Source of the DNA: Macrostomum lignano | Lineage: Eukaryota | Length of the DNA stretch: 64,000 nucleotides | Assembly (NCBI GenBank): GCA_002269645.1 | Contig: NIVC01000392.1 | Coordinates: 186,001 to 250,000 of the forward strand | Direction: 5' to 3' | Shown here: positions 26,107 through 39,667 of the stretch, in pieces | How positions within the stretch are numbered: the first letter of the stretch is position 1 | Layout of the letters: every line of letters starts with the position of its first letter | Made by a program: the position numbers and the translations under genes | Notes under the pieces: model-generated | What the model was told of the DNA's origin: nothing | Database searches by the model: none | The model's input: the letters and a program-made list of their open reading frames with translations, nothing else

Positions 26107-29100
26107 ATGCAAAAGCAAACTGAATTTTATGTAGTAGAGTTTGGCGGTACCTCATGGAATGTGCCAACCAGGTATAGGGACCTGCAGCCTGTTGGTCACG
26201 GAGCCTATGGCAGCGTCTGCTCAGCCTGGGACAATCAGCTCAATCACAAGGTGGCCATTAAAAAGTTGGCCAGACCATTCCAGACTGATATTCATGCGAA
26301 ACGGACTTATCGCGAAATTAAAATGCTCAGGCATATGGATCATGACAATGTGAGTTTTGACTGCTTTGCTAGGTAAATAGTATATTTTAGTTCCTAATCT
26401 CATTTATCTCAATTATGTCTGTTAGTCTAGTGCAGCTTTACTTCCAATGGCTTCAGCTATGTCACCCCTCTTCTCTTGTCACCCTCTTCCCCTCTGCCAC
26501 CCCTCTTCCCCTCTGCCACCCCTCTTCTCTTGTCACCCTCTTCCCCTCTGCCACCCCTCTTCCCCTCTGCCACCCCTCTTCTCTTGTCACCCTCTTCCCC
26601 TCTGCCACCCCTCTTCCCCTCTGCCACCCCTCTTCTCTTGTCACCCTCTTCCCCTCTGTCACCCCTCTTCCCCTCTGCCACCCCTCTTCCCCTCTGTCAC
26701 CCCTCTTCCCCTCTGCCACCCCTCTTCCCCTCTGCCACCCCTCTTCCCCTCTGCCACCCCTCTTCCCCTCTGCCACCCCTCTTCCCCTCTGCTTCCCCTC
26801 TGCCACCCCTCTTCTCTTGTCACCCTCTTCCCCTCTGCCACTCCTCTTCCCCTCTGTCACCCCTCTTCCCCTCTGTCACCCCTCTTCCCCTCTGTCACCC
26901 CTCTTCCCCTCTGCCACCCCTCTTCCCCTCTGTCACCCCTCTTCCCCTCTGCCACCCCTCTTCCCCTCTGTCACCCCTCTTCCCCTCTGTCACCCCTCTT
27001 CCCCTCTGCCACCCCTCTTCCCCTCTGCCACCCCTCTTCCCCTCTGCCACCCCTCTTCCCCTCTGCCACCCCTTTTCCCCTCTGCCACCCCTCTTCCCCT
27101 CTGCCACCCCTCTTCCCCTCTGCCACCCCTCTTCCCCTCTGTCACCCTCTCTTCTCCTCTGTCACTCACTGTCACCCCTTCTCTTCCCCTCCGATTATTA
27201 CCTTGTTCGCTTGCATTAACAAAGTTTACACTAACTATATCCGTCTCCCACTATATCAGATCATCATCTTGATCGACCTGTTCTCGCCAAACAACAGCCT
27301 GGAGACATTCGAAGACGTGTACATGGTCACTCCGCTGATGGGCGCCGACCTCAACGCCATCGTGCGCACCCAGACCCTGTCTGATGAGCACGTTCAGTTT
27401 CTAATCTATCAGATTCTGCGCGGACTCAAATATCTGCACAGTGCTAATATTATTCACAGGTGACCACTGCTGGTCTATGGTTGCTAATGTTATAATTTAC
27501 AAATTTGTTATTCTTAGAAAAGCTCAGATCCCACAAAAGCGAACACCAAGATCCCACTTTAGCTAAGCTATAATCCCAGATCCTACACTAGCTATAATCC
27601 CAGATCCTACACTAGCTATAATCCCAGATCCCACACTAGCTATAATCCCACGTCCCACACTAGCTATAATCCCAGATCCCACACTAGCTATAATCTCAGA
27701 TCCCACACTAGCTATAATCCCAGATCCCACACTAGCTATAATCCCAGATCCCACACTAGCTATAATCCCAGATCCTACACTAGCTATAATCCCAGATCCT
27801 ACACTAGCTATAATCCCAGATCCCACACTAGCTATAATCCCAGATCCCACACTAGCTATAATCCCAGATCCTACACTAGCTATAATCCCAGATCCTACAC
27901 TAGCTATAATCCCAGATCCCACACTAGCTATAATCCCACGTCCCACACTAGCTATAATCCCAGATCCCACACTAGCTATAATCTCAGATCCCACACTAGC
28001 TATAATCCCAGATCCCACACTAGCTATAATCCCAGATCCTACACTAGCTATTATCCCAGATCCCACATTAGCTATAATCCCACGTCCCACACTAGCTATA
28101 ATCCCAGATCCCACACTAGCTATAATCTCAGATCCCACACTAGCTATAATCCCAGATCCCACACTAGCTATAATCCCAGATCCCACACTAGCTATAATCC
28201 CAGATCCCACACTAGCTATAATCCCAGATCCCACACTAGCTATAATCCCAGATCCTACACTAGCTATAATCCCAGATCCCACACTAGCTATAATCCCAGA
28301 TCCCACAGCTATAATCACAGATCCCACAATTATAATCCCAGGCGTTAGAAAATCCTATCTCAAATCCCCAGACTTATCTTACTCAGTCAATCTGTCATAC
28401 CTACATTTCTCTCCCCATCTCAATCGCAGGGATCTCAAGCCGTCCAACATCGCCGTGAACGAGGACTGCGAGCTGCGCATACTCGACCTCGGCCTCGCCC
28501 GTCAACGGGACGACGAAATGACCGGCTACGTTGCCACCAGGTGGTACAGAGCTCCTGAGATCATGCTGCAGTGGATGAAATATGACAGGGTGGTGGACAT
28601 CTGGTCCGTGGGCTGCATCATGGTGGAGCTCATCAACAGGCACCCGCTGTTCCCCGGCATGGACCACATTGACCAGCTGATGAAGATCCTGTCTGTAAGT
28701 GGCTTGCGGAGTGCTGGGTAGATGGACAAATGAATAGGTCCAGATAGATTGATAGATAGATAGATCGATAGATAAATAGATAGATAGATAGATGGGTACA
28801 TTAATACGAGTAAATTAATATTTATTAAATGGTTGATTGATTGCTAGACAGACAAACGGACGAAACCTCAAACCGAAACCGCAGGTGACCGGCTTCCCAG
28901 AGGACGACTTCCTTAGAAAGATCGAGTCCAGCGACGCCATCACCTTCCTGAACAACCAACGGGGCAACATCACCCAGTGTCCCCTGGCCAGCGTCTGCCC
29001 GGGCGCCAGTCCGACAGCGCTGGACCTGCTGAAGCGGATGCTCACTCTGGATCCCACTAAGCGAGTATCGGCAGCCGAGGCCCTTGAGCACCCCTACCTA

Positions 29101-29256
29101 GCCGCCTATCACGACCCAGATGACGAGCCGGACGCTGTCCCCTACTCAGACGAATGGGAGAGTCAGGATCTCAGCGTGTCGGAGTGGCGCCAGCTGGTTT
29201 GGGGCACCATCAGCGAGTTCACTGAGCCTCATCTGGGCTCTCTGGCTAACAATTAA
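26107..29256 (+). CDS. p38 MAPK: p38 mitogen-activated protein kinase, 359 aa
   Basis: Exons 26107-26349, 27260-27459, 28430-28694 and 28885-29256 (1080 nt, phases 0/2/0). Motifs: [30 protein letters not shown] activation loop, [10 protein letters not shown] and CD domain YHDPDDEP. Confidence 0.96.
26455..27185. repeat. ~19-bp pyrimidine-rich minisatellite in p38 intron 1
   Basis: (GCCACCCCTCTTCCCCTCT)n with GTCACC variants. Confidence 0.95.
27560..28340. repeat. 24-bp minisatellite in p38 intron 2, ~32 copies
   Basis: (TAGCTATAATCCCAGATCCCACAC)n. Confidence 0.95.
28742..28795. repeat. (GATA)n microsatellite in p38 intron 3
   Basis: Directly visible. Confidence 0.9.
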
Positions 29257-30469
29257 TTCAGAATTCACCGTATAGAGGACGCGTTGAGTCTGGGCTGCTC
29301 CATCGGCTCTAGCTCGAGACGCAATCACTTCTATGTTGTCTAGATTGAGTACTAATAATTGACATTAATAATATATGAACTTTAGACCATTAAAATATTT
29401 ATTGAATTGGGACTGCCTCTATCTAACACTTGCCTAATTGCACTTAATGTTTCGCTTATGGTGAATTTTATAGTCCAGATGTCTGGATGGCTAATCCCAT
29501 TTAAAATTCCAAAAATCCCCATTTATAATCCCTAAAATCTTCATTTATAACCCCTAAAATCCTCATTTAGAATCCCAAAAATTCCGATTAAAATCCGATA
29601 TTCCCCACTTGTAATCCCAAAAATCCCAATTGTAAATTGCCAAAATTCCCATTTAAAATTCAAAAATCCTCATTTAAAATTCCCAAAATCCCCATTTGAA
29701 ATCCAAAAAATTCATACTAGTAATCCCGAAAATCCCAAATCGCATAAAAATCCATCTCGAGTTGCAGACCTCCTTATTCAAGCTTTTTTAGACCAGCTTA
29801 TTATTCCCAATCGCATATCAAGTCCGAGATTTATTACAAGTTTTTGTTTCAGTCGATTGTTAAGCGCGTGTTTTTTTCGATTTTGTTAAAAATTAAGGTC
29901 GCTTCGCCCTTTCTTAAATTGCGGTTTGAGAGCGTCGTTTAGTACTCGTATATTTTTATATAGTTTCGTTTTAGTAGTAATTTAGGGTAAAAAAATCAAT
30001 TAGCAAACGTTAGTTTTCATTTTTCAACTATATTAATAACCACAGCAAGGTTTTTCAACGTTTAATACTGCTTGGTCAGTTTCAATTTCAATACAGATAT
30101 GGAATCACTACCCGGTTACGTATGACTGCTCCCCTATCTATGAATTTTCCTGAAAGCTCACCTACGATATTTATTTTCTTATGTGTGTACATAACTGTTT
30201 AGTTACCGCCCCAGCCTGCTTATATATGACCATATATAGCACATATAACCTATGTACTCATAAATAATAAATCATATTCAAGTAATCTACACTCAGCAAT
30301 ATTTAAAAGTGTCCACCCTTGCGCCAAGGGTCCATGGGCAGCACGATCGATGGTTTCGCCAATTGGTTTTGGGCCATCGACAAATGAGCAAAAAAGGGCA
30401 GGAAAGTGTAAATACCGATATCTGGTGTCACAGGGAAAAGCGTTACAGTAACGAGTGTACAGGATTTTA

Positions 30470-30765
30470 CTGGAGGCATCTGGACGCAGGTGACAACGAT
30501 AGCCCGCTAAATGACTGATTGGCGCACTCTGCGTTAGCCGTCCAGATCACCGGATATGAACTCGATTGAGCACGTGTGGGATTTCCTAAAGCGCACGATT
30601 CGGTGCAACAATCTCTATCCCCCCAGAACATGGTCCAGCTGCGCAATGCGCTTTTAAGTCGCATGGCAACAGCTTCCACAATACTTTCTGCGGCGCCTTG
30701 CTCATAAATGCCTCGACGAGTGAGCGGTCTGTTGGACGCTGGTGGTTGCTATACCCTGTTCTGTG
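30470..30765 (+). pseudogene. Tc1/mariner transposase C-terminal remnant
   Basis: PSRSPDMNSIEHVWDFLKRTIR (~30537-30603), then frameshifted VQLRNALL/AWQQLPQ/MPRRVSGLLDAGG, matching the Tc1 DD34E C-terminus. Confidence 0.85.
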
Positions 30766-30894
30766 CTTTAGACATGTACACAGCGTGGAAATGGGCATGG
30801 ACTTGTTTCGCTGCTCATTCTTTGTTGCCTTATTTTGATTGTCTATGGCCCAAACATAGTTAAAAAATCTTTCAATCCTTAATCGTTCAGCTAG

Positions 30895-31756
30895 TGTAGC
30901 CTTTTGCGCTGCACTTGAGCTTACGGGCAAATCACTTAATCCTAAGTGGCAGAATTGCACTGGCGAGGGCAGCTGCCGATCGATTCTATGGTCTCAACTG
31001 GTGGCTAGTGGGCAATTTACTTTAGTCTTGGGGCACAGACTTGATCCATTCATGCTCTATTGCAGTTTGAAAAGCTTTCAATTGGCTGCCCAATAGGTGG
31101 TGTTGTGGCAAGGGTATAATTTTAATCGGTTAATATGAGCAACATATGAGCAAATGAGCAAAGTATGAGCAAATGAGGGAACATAGGCAGGTGGTTGGTT
31201 GGCCATAAAAAGTGGGAAAATAAACAACAGCAGCTGCAACACAGAAGCGGGTTAGCATTGATTTTGTCAACAAGGTGCTGCATATGGGCAACTGCGAGTT
31301 TTGGAACTCGGCTGACGCCTTGGCCTTGGGAGAATCGATGACAGCGTCCAGTAACTTCGTATTGCCTTTGAATTGACAAAATAGTCTTAAAGTTGACCTG
31401 GAACCATCGCGCAATGTCGACCGGCCACTCACCCCTGTCTAGGGCGTCGGTGACGAGGTTGTGCTTTTCATCGCTCATCCTTGACCATGGTCTACGTTGT
31501 TATCCGCCTCCAATTCCATCTAGTGCAGTTTCATAGCTAGCATTGCTGGCCTCATCTTCCGAGCTCATGTTGCTGCAAGCCTTAGCGTCTAGTTCACTTT
31601 GATAGAGCATGAATGGATTGAGTCAGTGCCCCAAGGCTTAAGTAACTTGCCTGCTAGCCAATGGTTTGGGCCATAGACTTGATCGGCAGCTGCCCTTGCC
31701 AGTGTAATCTTGGATCAAGTGATTTGCCCGTAGGCTTGAGTGCAACGCAAAATGCT
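30895..31756 (-). mobile_element. Non-autonomous Tc1-like element with ~150-160-bp imperfect TIRs and N-terminal HTH remnant
   Basis: 30899-31062 is the diverged reverse complement of 31603-31752. ORF 31478-31122 (LSDEKHNLVTDALDRGEWPVDIARWFQVNFKTILSIQRQYEVTGRC) resembles the Tc1 paired-like HTH. Confidence 0.7.
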
Positions 31757-32477
31757 ATATTTTATATCCAGGCTATGATGTAACTGTATTACGGCTATTA
31801 CCGTTGTTAGGGGCGCCGAAACAGACATTAGAGGCTTTTTTCCCAACAAATCACACTATTTTGTTAGAACTGATAGCCTCTCGCATGCCCGATTGTTTTG
31901 TTTGTTTTTTATGAAAACCAATAATTTTACAAAGCTTACATTTCTTATATCCCTCTAGTGTAGTTGATATGCCTTGGTATTCATACACTTAATTTATAGT
32001 CTCACCGTTTATTTATTGTACTTATGCTATAACTAGTTCTAGTTATGCTGCTACTGATGAGAGGCTGCTTTGTAAGTAGTATAATTGTTTGTTGTGCCCT
32101 ATTTTATAACTTCCCTAGATGATCTGCTTGTCAACTGTCGTTTGCTTTATCCGCTTTTCGCGCTACTGTTAGCTAGTAGTGTGTTTCGGACGAGCAAGTC
32201 TATAGGCTGCCTTCTGTGGCAGCTTGATATATATATATTTATATACACATTACTGATTAAAATTATTAAATAATCACTTTTGCACAGGTGAATTTTATAG
32301 TGGTGTTGAGACTCGTTCATAATTATTCTTATTGAGAGAATTTGCAAACAAAAAATATAAAAACTAATCCTGTTGATATATACTACTCAATTTGAATCAT
32401 TATATTTTCTATTTTCAAATATTTGCTTTTGTTATTTTAGTTCACAAAGTGTGTTAGTTGGCACCAGCGGAATTGAC

Positions 32478-32478
<1 letters not shown>

Positions 32479-32528
<50 letters not shown>

Positions 32529-32620
32529 TAATGTCTGTCTGTCTGTCTGTCTGTCTGTATATCTGTCTGTCTGTGTGTCTGTCTGTCTGTCTGTCTGTCT
32601 TAATGCCTGTCTGTCTTAGT
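32479..32620. repeat. (TGTC)n microsatellite
   Basis: Directly visible. Confidence 0.95.
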
Positions 32621-32714
32621 GTCTACTGAGGATAAAATGTGATTAATAATTGATTCTTTATAGACATGCTAGTGAAGTACTTGGGGTTTTCTCGAGGTGG
32701 CCTGGTAGGTCTTT

Positions 32715-33654
32715 GAATCCCACCGCTGCCACCAGTGAAATGGAATGGTGTTTTCTTCCCGGTTTAGGCACTTAAGATTACCTTAAGACTCGAGCCTCTT
32801 CAGTGGGAAGTTCTCTCAACTCTCAGTAGCGTAGGTAGTGCTGCCACCAGTTCCTTCAGGTCTCGGCCTTCGATGAGGTGAGCTTCCCGTCGGAACGAAA
32901 TAAACAAGTCAACGAACTCAGCACAGCGTGCAGATTTGCAGATTAATGAACAAGGCGTCCTGATCAGCAGATCCCCGCCGGGCTCAGGGGTGGCTGGGAA
33001 GGCAGTGTTAGCCTCCCTTAGGCTTGGGCTTTAGTGGGGTCTCAGTCAGACCAGTACAAACGGATTCAGTACGCAAAGGGCACTTAGTTAGACACTGACG
33101 CACACGGGATCTTAGTGAATTCTCCGCAGATAAGAAGCCTCCTTGACGGAAACAAGGGGAGAGGGGTCCTATTTATAGCCGGGAAACACCCACGCACAAG
33201 ACCTCGTGACTTTTTCTATTTTTAGAACTGACGTCACTTGAGGTCTCCGGCCAGAGTACACGCGGCTGTGACTCAGTTGCTATTTTTAGCAACATGAGTC
33301 ACGCCTCTCCTTAGAGAAGGGAGGGTTCCGAAAGCACGTGATTCTCCCGGTAAACAGGGCCAACGAGTGCAGTAAACATGTTTACTGCACTTTAGGACTC
33401 GAAGAACGCAGAGTCTGTCATGTGACTTGCTCACATGACAGAGGAAAACGGGACGGGAACGAAACAGAGACAGCCCACAGCAGAGAAGCTGAGGGCTGAG
33501 AACAGAGACGCAGAAGGGCAGAACAGGCCAAGGGCAGCAACAGACGGGCCAAGGGGGGCGGGAAGCTGACCAGCGGCAGACAGCAACCCAGGGCGAGGGC
33601 GAGGGAGACTGCTGACAAAGTGGGACGCCTAACATCAACTAGCGGATCACTACA
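32715..33654 (-). mobile_element. LTR retrotransposon 5' LTR (~919 bp) with tRNA-Leu primer-binding site; internal region truncated
   Basis: Minus strand TGTAGTGA... (33654) to ...TTTCA (32736), TATA-like CTATAAATA at 33170-33178, then TGGTGGCAGCGGTGGGATTC (32734-32715), which is complementary to the 3' end of tRNA-Leu(AAG/UAG)+CCA. Confidence 0.72.
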
Positions 33655-33827
33655 CTAGTAGTATTAAAAAGCAAATCTTGCATATTTCATAACTGCTGTA
33701 GTTATAACATGGTATAGAGTGATTCAAAATTTCAATGTTTGTACATTTAAGGCCAGGGTTTTTCGAGACATGCATTTCAGACCTGTTGTTGATCTGGGAG
33801 GCTACATGTATGCAGTGGCGGCTCCAA

Positions 33828-33921
33828 TGTTCTGGGGTCTTGGTGGGCGCCCCTGTCTTTTGGTGAGCGCCCCTGTCTCTTGATGGGCGCCCCTGTCATT
33901 TGGTGGGCGCCCCTGTCTCTC
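33828..33921. repeat. Short copy of the 20/21-bp GGGCGCCCCTGTCTCTTGGT satellite
   Basis: Four units homologous to the array at 41136-42095, preceded by CAGTGGCGGCTCC. Confidence 0.8.
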
Positions 33922-34409
33922 ACTGGGCTAGATACCTTAATTACATACCTTAATCACATATCATGGCGTAAAATGTATGTACATACATCAATTAACAATT
34001 TTGCAGGATTGTTATCTATTATCTTTTATCTATTACTATTACTATCTATTATCTATTACTATCTAGATTATTAACTATTATCTATCTATTATCTATTACT
34101 ATCTATCTTTTATCTTTTACTTTTTATCTATTGGTCCTCGCAATTAAGTACAAGGGCTGTACAAGGGCTCTACAGTTAGTACAGTGAAGTGAGCACAGGA
34201 GATACAGTGTATGACTAAGAGACTATTGAGTATAATAGATGGATAAACTATAATTGCCCAATTTTTAATTCAAGTTCCGGCCTGATGCCCATGATGTTCT
34301 AACATGCAGTTGAAATGCTGTTTATTCTGCACGATTTTGAAATTTTGTACTGCACGCTTACGAACTAAATTTGCATGCCGTGGATCACGGCACGGCACGT
34401 ATATAGCTT

Positions 34410-34805
34410 GTGAGTTTATAGTGAGTTTATGAGCTAGTGAGTTTATGAGCTTGTGAGTTTATGAGCTTGTGAGTTTATGAGCTTGTGAGTTTATGAGCTT
34501 GTGAGTTTATGAGCTTGTGAGTTTATGAGCTTGTGAGTTTATGAGCTTGTGAGTTTATGAGCTTGTGAGTTTATGAGCTTGTGAGTTTATGAGCTTGTGA
34601 GTTTATGAGCTTGTGAGTTTATGAGCTTGTGAGTTTATGAGCTTGTGAGTTTATGAGCTTGTGAGTTTATGAGCTTGTGAGTTTATGAGCTTGTGAGTTT
34701 ATGAGCTTGTGAGTTTATGAGCTTGTGAGTTTATGAGCTTGTGAGTTTATGAGCTTGTGAGTTTATGAGCTTGTGAGTTTATGAGCTTGTGAGTTTATGA
34801 GCTTG
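34410..34805. repeat. 16-bp minisatellite (TTGTGAGTTTATGAGC)n, ~24 copies
   Basis: Period of 16, highly homogeneous. Confidence 0.95.
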
Positions 34806-35517
34806 TTCCTGAGCGTGCCCTTGCTCCGGTGCCCCCAGATGCTGCTGGGCCACTGCCTCCGGAGTCACGGGGAGCGCAAACGCCAAGGGCGAACTGTGAC
34901 GCTGGCGGGGACCCCCATTGCTGCCTGCATGTTCTGCGAGCTCACTAGTTTTTGTGCGTCTATCTATCTATTAACCGAACATACATGTACATATCTAGGG
35001 CTCATGACTGTACATCTGGGGGGTCGCTATTTCAACTTTATAGGTACATAATATACTCTGTGCGCATTTGAAACCGCTAGCGGTAGTCCAGTGTACATTA
35101 ATTCACACAATCGGAATGTACAAATTGTAGGCCATAAAAGTTGGTAAAACAAGCTCAGAATGGCTTCAATTAAATTTGTCTCTCGCTTATCTGATTTTTT
35201 CTCGCGGAGAATGTCAAGATTGGCTTGCAAATAGAGGCAATTATCCAGCCAGCTGGGAGTCTCGGCATGCTTCAAAGAGTTTTTAGCCCCGGTCCGGAAT
35301 TGAACTCTCAGCTGATTGGTCGCTCGCGGCTGTGTTTGCATTCGTTCCTTTAAAAACGGATGGCAGCAGCAGAACTCAATCCAGTCCTGCCAATCTCTGT
35401 CGATAATCTCCCTGGGGAGAAAAAGCACCGCTGCAGCCTTGTTAGGGAAGATTGACGAAATCAGAGTCTGCTCAGAATCTGAAAACAGAATTTGAAAACA
35501 AAGTCCGTTTAGCAAAC

Positions 35518-38500
35518 ATGGTGTCGAAGCAGCAGAGCCTTCAAACTGACGAGAACCGAGGCCTGGTCAGCGACCAGCCGGTCAACCGATGCTGCGACTC
35601 GATGGCCGACTGCTGCTGCTGCCGATGCCTCACAGCTAAACTTCGCGTAGTGCTGATCGGCTCCACCTGGGGCCTGCTCACCGGAGTTGAACGGGCCATC
35701 ATCTTGCCCACTCTGTGGCTGTACTTTTACAACAAATTCGACATGTCAGCCGCTGTGCGCTTCTATGGCGCCACCCTGGCGGCGTTCAACATCTCGGCTC
35801 TGGTGTGCACCCCGCTGTTCGGCTGGCTGTCGCAGCGCAACTACGTCAGGGTGAAGTTCCTGCTGATCGCGGCCAACCAGCTGGAGATTGCCGGCAACCT
35901 GCTGTACTTTGTGGCGCCTCAGCCCTGGCTGATCTTCCTAGGCAGGTTCGTGGCTGGCGTCGGGGCCGGCGCCGAGCCACCTCTGTACGCCGACGTGGTC
36001 AGAGTGACCACCAAGAAGGAGCGAACTGGAGTGATTGTCTACCTGCTGCTGGCGCGGCAGTTCGGACTTATCGCAGGTGAGACAGCTGCGCTTCTTTGTT
36101 GGGCATGAATGTACGGTTGTCACCTGAGCACGAATATATTCGACTAAAATTAGTTTGCGCATCTCCTGATTTTAGGTTTGTTTTCTCTCCTGACATCTGA
36201 CATAAATTTTAGCTTTTCTCCTGACAACCTGACATAAAGTTTAGCGACTCTTCTGACAACCTGACATAAAGTTTAGCGACTCTTCTGACAACCTGACATA
36301 AAGTTTAGCGACTCTTCTGACAACCTGACATAAAGTTTAGCGACTCTTCTGACAACCTGACATAAAGTTTAGCGACTCTTCTGACAACCTGGCATAAAGT
36401 TTAGCGACTTTTCTGACAACCTGACATAAAGTTTAGCGACTCTTCTGACAACCTGACATAAAGTTTAGCGACTCTTCTGACAACCTGGCATAAAGTTTAG
36501 CGACTTTTCTGACAACCTGACATAAAGTTTAGCGACTCTTCTGACAACCTGACATAAAGTTTAGCGACTCTTCTGACAACCTGACATAAAGTTTAGCGAC
36601 TCTTCTGACAACCTGACATAAAGTTTAGCGACTCTTCTGACTGGTTTTGTAAATATGGTTTTGTAAATTCAAAATATGGTTTTGTAAATTCGGAAAAATC
36701 GAGAGAGAAAACTCTCTGGTCGCTGGTTTCAAACAGGGGACTCAAAAGGAGTCAACAGCTACTCTTACAACCTGATTTGTGACTGGGCGTAAAGAAAATT
36801 CAAATTCCAGTTCCATGCCGCATAGATGTCGAGAGAATTGCGTAAATGAAATTTTCATATTTCTGCTATGGCAATAGGTGCACTATATGCCAATCGTATG
36901 GGTTTATGCAGTCCGCTGGGACTCGGCCCAGGCCAAAACTGATCAAGCGTGGCTTTAACCTCGCTCTTTCTGGGTGGCAAAGCAATCACCATTTCTGATT
37001 TAAGACTACAGATTTGCTCGATGCTAAGAATAACAATCAATATGGTGTAGTAGAAATTGCAATTTTCCTGGTCTTTTTTACTTTTGAACTTCCAATATGA
37101 CAGTATCATAGAATTCAAACATTGAAGTCTACGGGCCATTTCCAATGCTGTCTGTTTTAACAAAACCGGCCGTTGCTCCCGGCCGCTGGTAGCCCTTAGA
37201 TAGCAGACTATCTGGGCAGAGGTTCTCGAGCCTGTGAACGTCGGAGAGGTCCGGGTTTGGGCCAAGATAGGTGAGCCTGTCCTGAGTAAAGGCGGGGCAT
37301 TCACAGATGAAGTGCTCCGCATTCTCGACACCGGAGAGGCACACTGGGCATTCCTCACTGCGGATTTTTCCCTAGAGGTTACCATGCCTGACTGTACTAC
37401 TTTTCAATCTGTACTAACCAATGCTGCACAGAATTCTCAAGAAGTCACTAGTCACAATGCAAACTTCAGCCTTCGCTCTTTGCATTTTTTCATCCCATCT
37501 CTTAAATTCAAGACGAAATTTCATTCACCGATTCCCTGAAAATTTATTGTTAGCATGAAAAAGTAAACAAATCAAATGATCAATCAACCATAGGATCGTA
37601 TGTTGAGCGCGTTCAAATATTTTTTAGCTTAGTACACTCTGCTTTAGCTGATGTGGGACGCTGAGAAAGCCGTCGGACACAGGATATCCTGTCCGGAAAG
37701 TCCGATCCCCATTGTCTCAGCTTAGTTCGCTCACACTCAGGTCGCAATTCCAACCCGATCGGCTCTCTACCAAGTGTGCTTCGTGTGCACCTTTCTGCTT
37801 TTTCTTCATTCGTCTCACTTCCGCTGTAGATCAGCAAATCTCAGAGCCCATTGTTGGCTGTCTTCTGTCTGCGCGCAGTCAGTCCTGTCCTGTCGAAGAC
37901 AAGTCGTATGGGAGAAATCGATTGCGTTTGTCCTCCCCCTCCAATAATGCGTGCAAACAAACTCAGTTAGCTAATGCTTGAGTTCCTCGGACGGAAGTCC
38001 AAGCAAGAGATTTCATGCAGCTTTTTGGAGTACGTACGTGCGCACTAGCCTGAGCATCTCGAGGGAAATCTATGCTCAAGTGTTTTTTGATGCAATAACC
38101 TGACGCTATATTTTTACAGTAGAAAAACTTCTTGGGTTGGGCACAAAACGCCCCAGCAAGGTAGCTTTGGAAGAGAGCAGAGCAGAAAGAGATTCAGTTC
38201 ATATCGACCACTGCTCTTGGAATTGAGCACCTCCCAAAATATCCAACTTAATTGTTCACCCTATCCAGTTTGCTTCTCTATAACACTCTGCCCATAAAAT
38301 ATGCTCCCGATCTGCTTGCGTGAGCTTTGCTACTGAGCAATCTGGAGAAATTCCAACAGCACCCTGAAGCCGCCTGCATGGCAATCTGCCCAGTGCCCAC
38401 GCACAGCACGTCAGGCCGACAACAAGTGCGCTGGATTTAACGTCCCAGAGCTTCCAATATAGAGGCCCATTAAATCCTTTTTTCTCTCGGCTCTCTCCCC

Positions 38501-39635
38501 GTGTGTCCCACACACGGTCCCGCAATGCGCTTAGTGCGGCGCCCAAACCTGCGCTAGCTACAGTCGAGGTTCCGGCAGGTTAAGGAGGCTGACGGTGCGC
38601 AGGTGGACTGCCGTAAAAACGCATCACGGACGGCACGCCTTTGTGACTTGAGCTCCTATATTAAAACAAGCATTTTATTGCTAGGATTACTACACTTCTT
38701 CAGATATTTTTTCGCTTCAATTCCGCGGCTGATGTTTTTTTGCTAATAAGATGATATAAAAATCATAAAACTACGATTTTATACTTATATTAATTTTAAA
38801 TTTTTAGGCCTATCTACATCATCATTGACGTTCCTATCCATTTGCATCACTTATCTGTACATTCTCATCGGTACATCCCCATCCAAATCGTCATATGTAT
38901 TCTAATTTACATAAGCATCTACCTCATCATGTTTACATCCTCATCTAGATCCCCATTTACATCCTCATCTAGATCCCCATTTACATCCTCATCTAGATCC
39001 CCATTTACATCCTCATCTTACAGCCTCATCTGTAAGATGAGGATGAGGATGTAGATGTAGATGAAGATGTAAATAAGGATGCATAAATAAGGAGATGATG
39101 TAGATGAAGATGTACCTACATCATTATATGCATCTCTACATCCTCATTTAAATCCTCATCTGTACATCCTGGTCTACATCCTCATCTACATCCTCATCTG
39201 TACATCCTCATCTGTACATCCTCATCTGTACATCCTCAGCTACATCTACATTATAAACCAGCCTTTACCAGCTAGGAGTGTCTTACATTGCCAATCTCAT
39301 GGATCTTCAGTTGTCCGAGAACGCAATACTTTCCATGACTCATCACCCACACTGCAGGCCCGGCTCTGACCCTCCTGATGCACCCGCTTCGCTACAAGGT
39401 GAAGAAATTCGTCATCGACGTGTACAACTCGCCGGGCCTGTTCATGGCCCTGCTGTGGGCCGTGCACACCATTGCCATCATCGCCATCTACCCGACCATC
39501 AGTCACAGTCGATTTGCTGGCGGCAATGGCGACGAAGTGGCTGCCGAGTCCACCGACACCAGCCAGAAGCCGTCGCGCAGTGCTTCCTACGACGCGCTGC
39601 ACGAGGCGTCGTCTCAGGTTGCGGAAGCAGAGCCT

Positions 39636-39667
<32 letters not shown>

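Noticed and set aside
32715-32734. tRNA-Leu gene fragment
   Set aside because: Only the 3' 20 nt including CCA are present, adjacent to an LTR end, so it is better explained as a PBS.
33273-33638. 121-aa Cys/Pro-rich ORF
   Set aside because: Lies within the predicted LTR U3 region and has no recognisable domain.
36195-36642. Homology between the two 32-bp arrays (1846 and 36195)
   Set aside because: They share a period and a CTGACA hexamer only; the units do not align on either strand.
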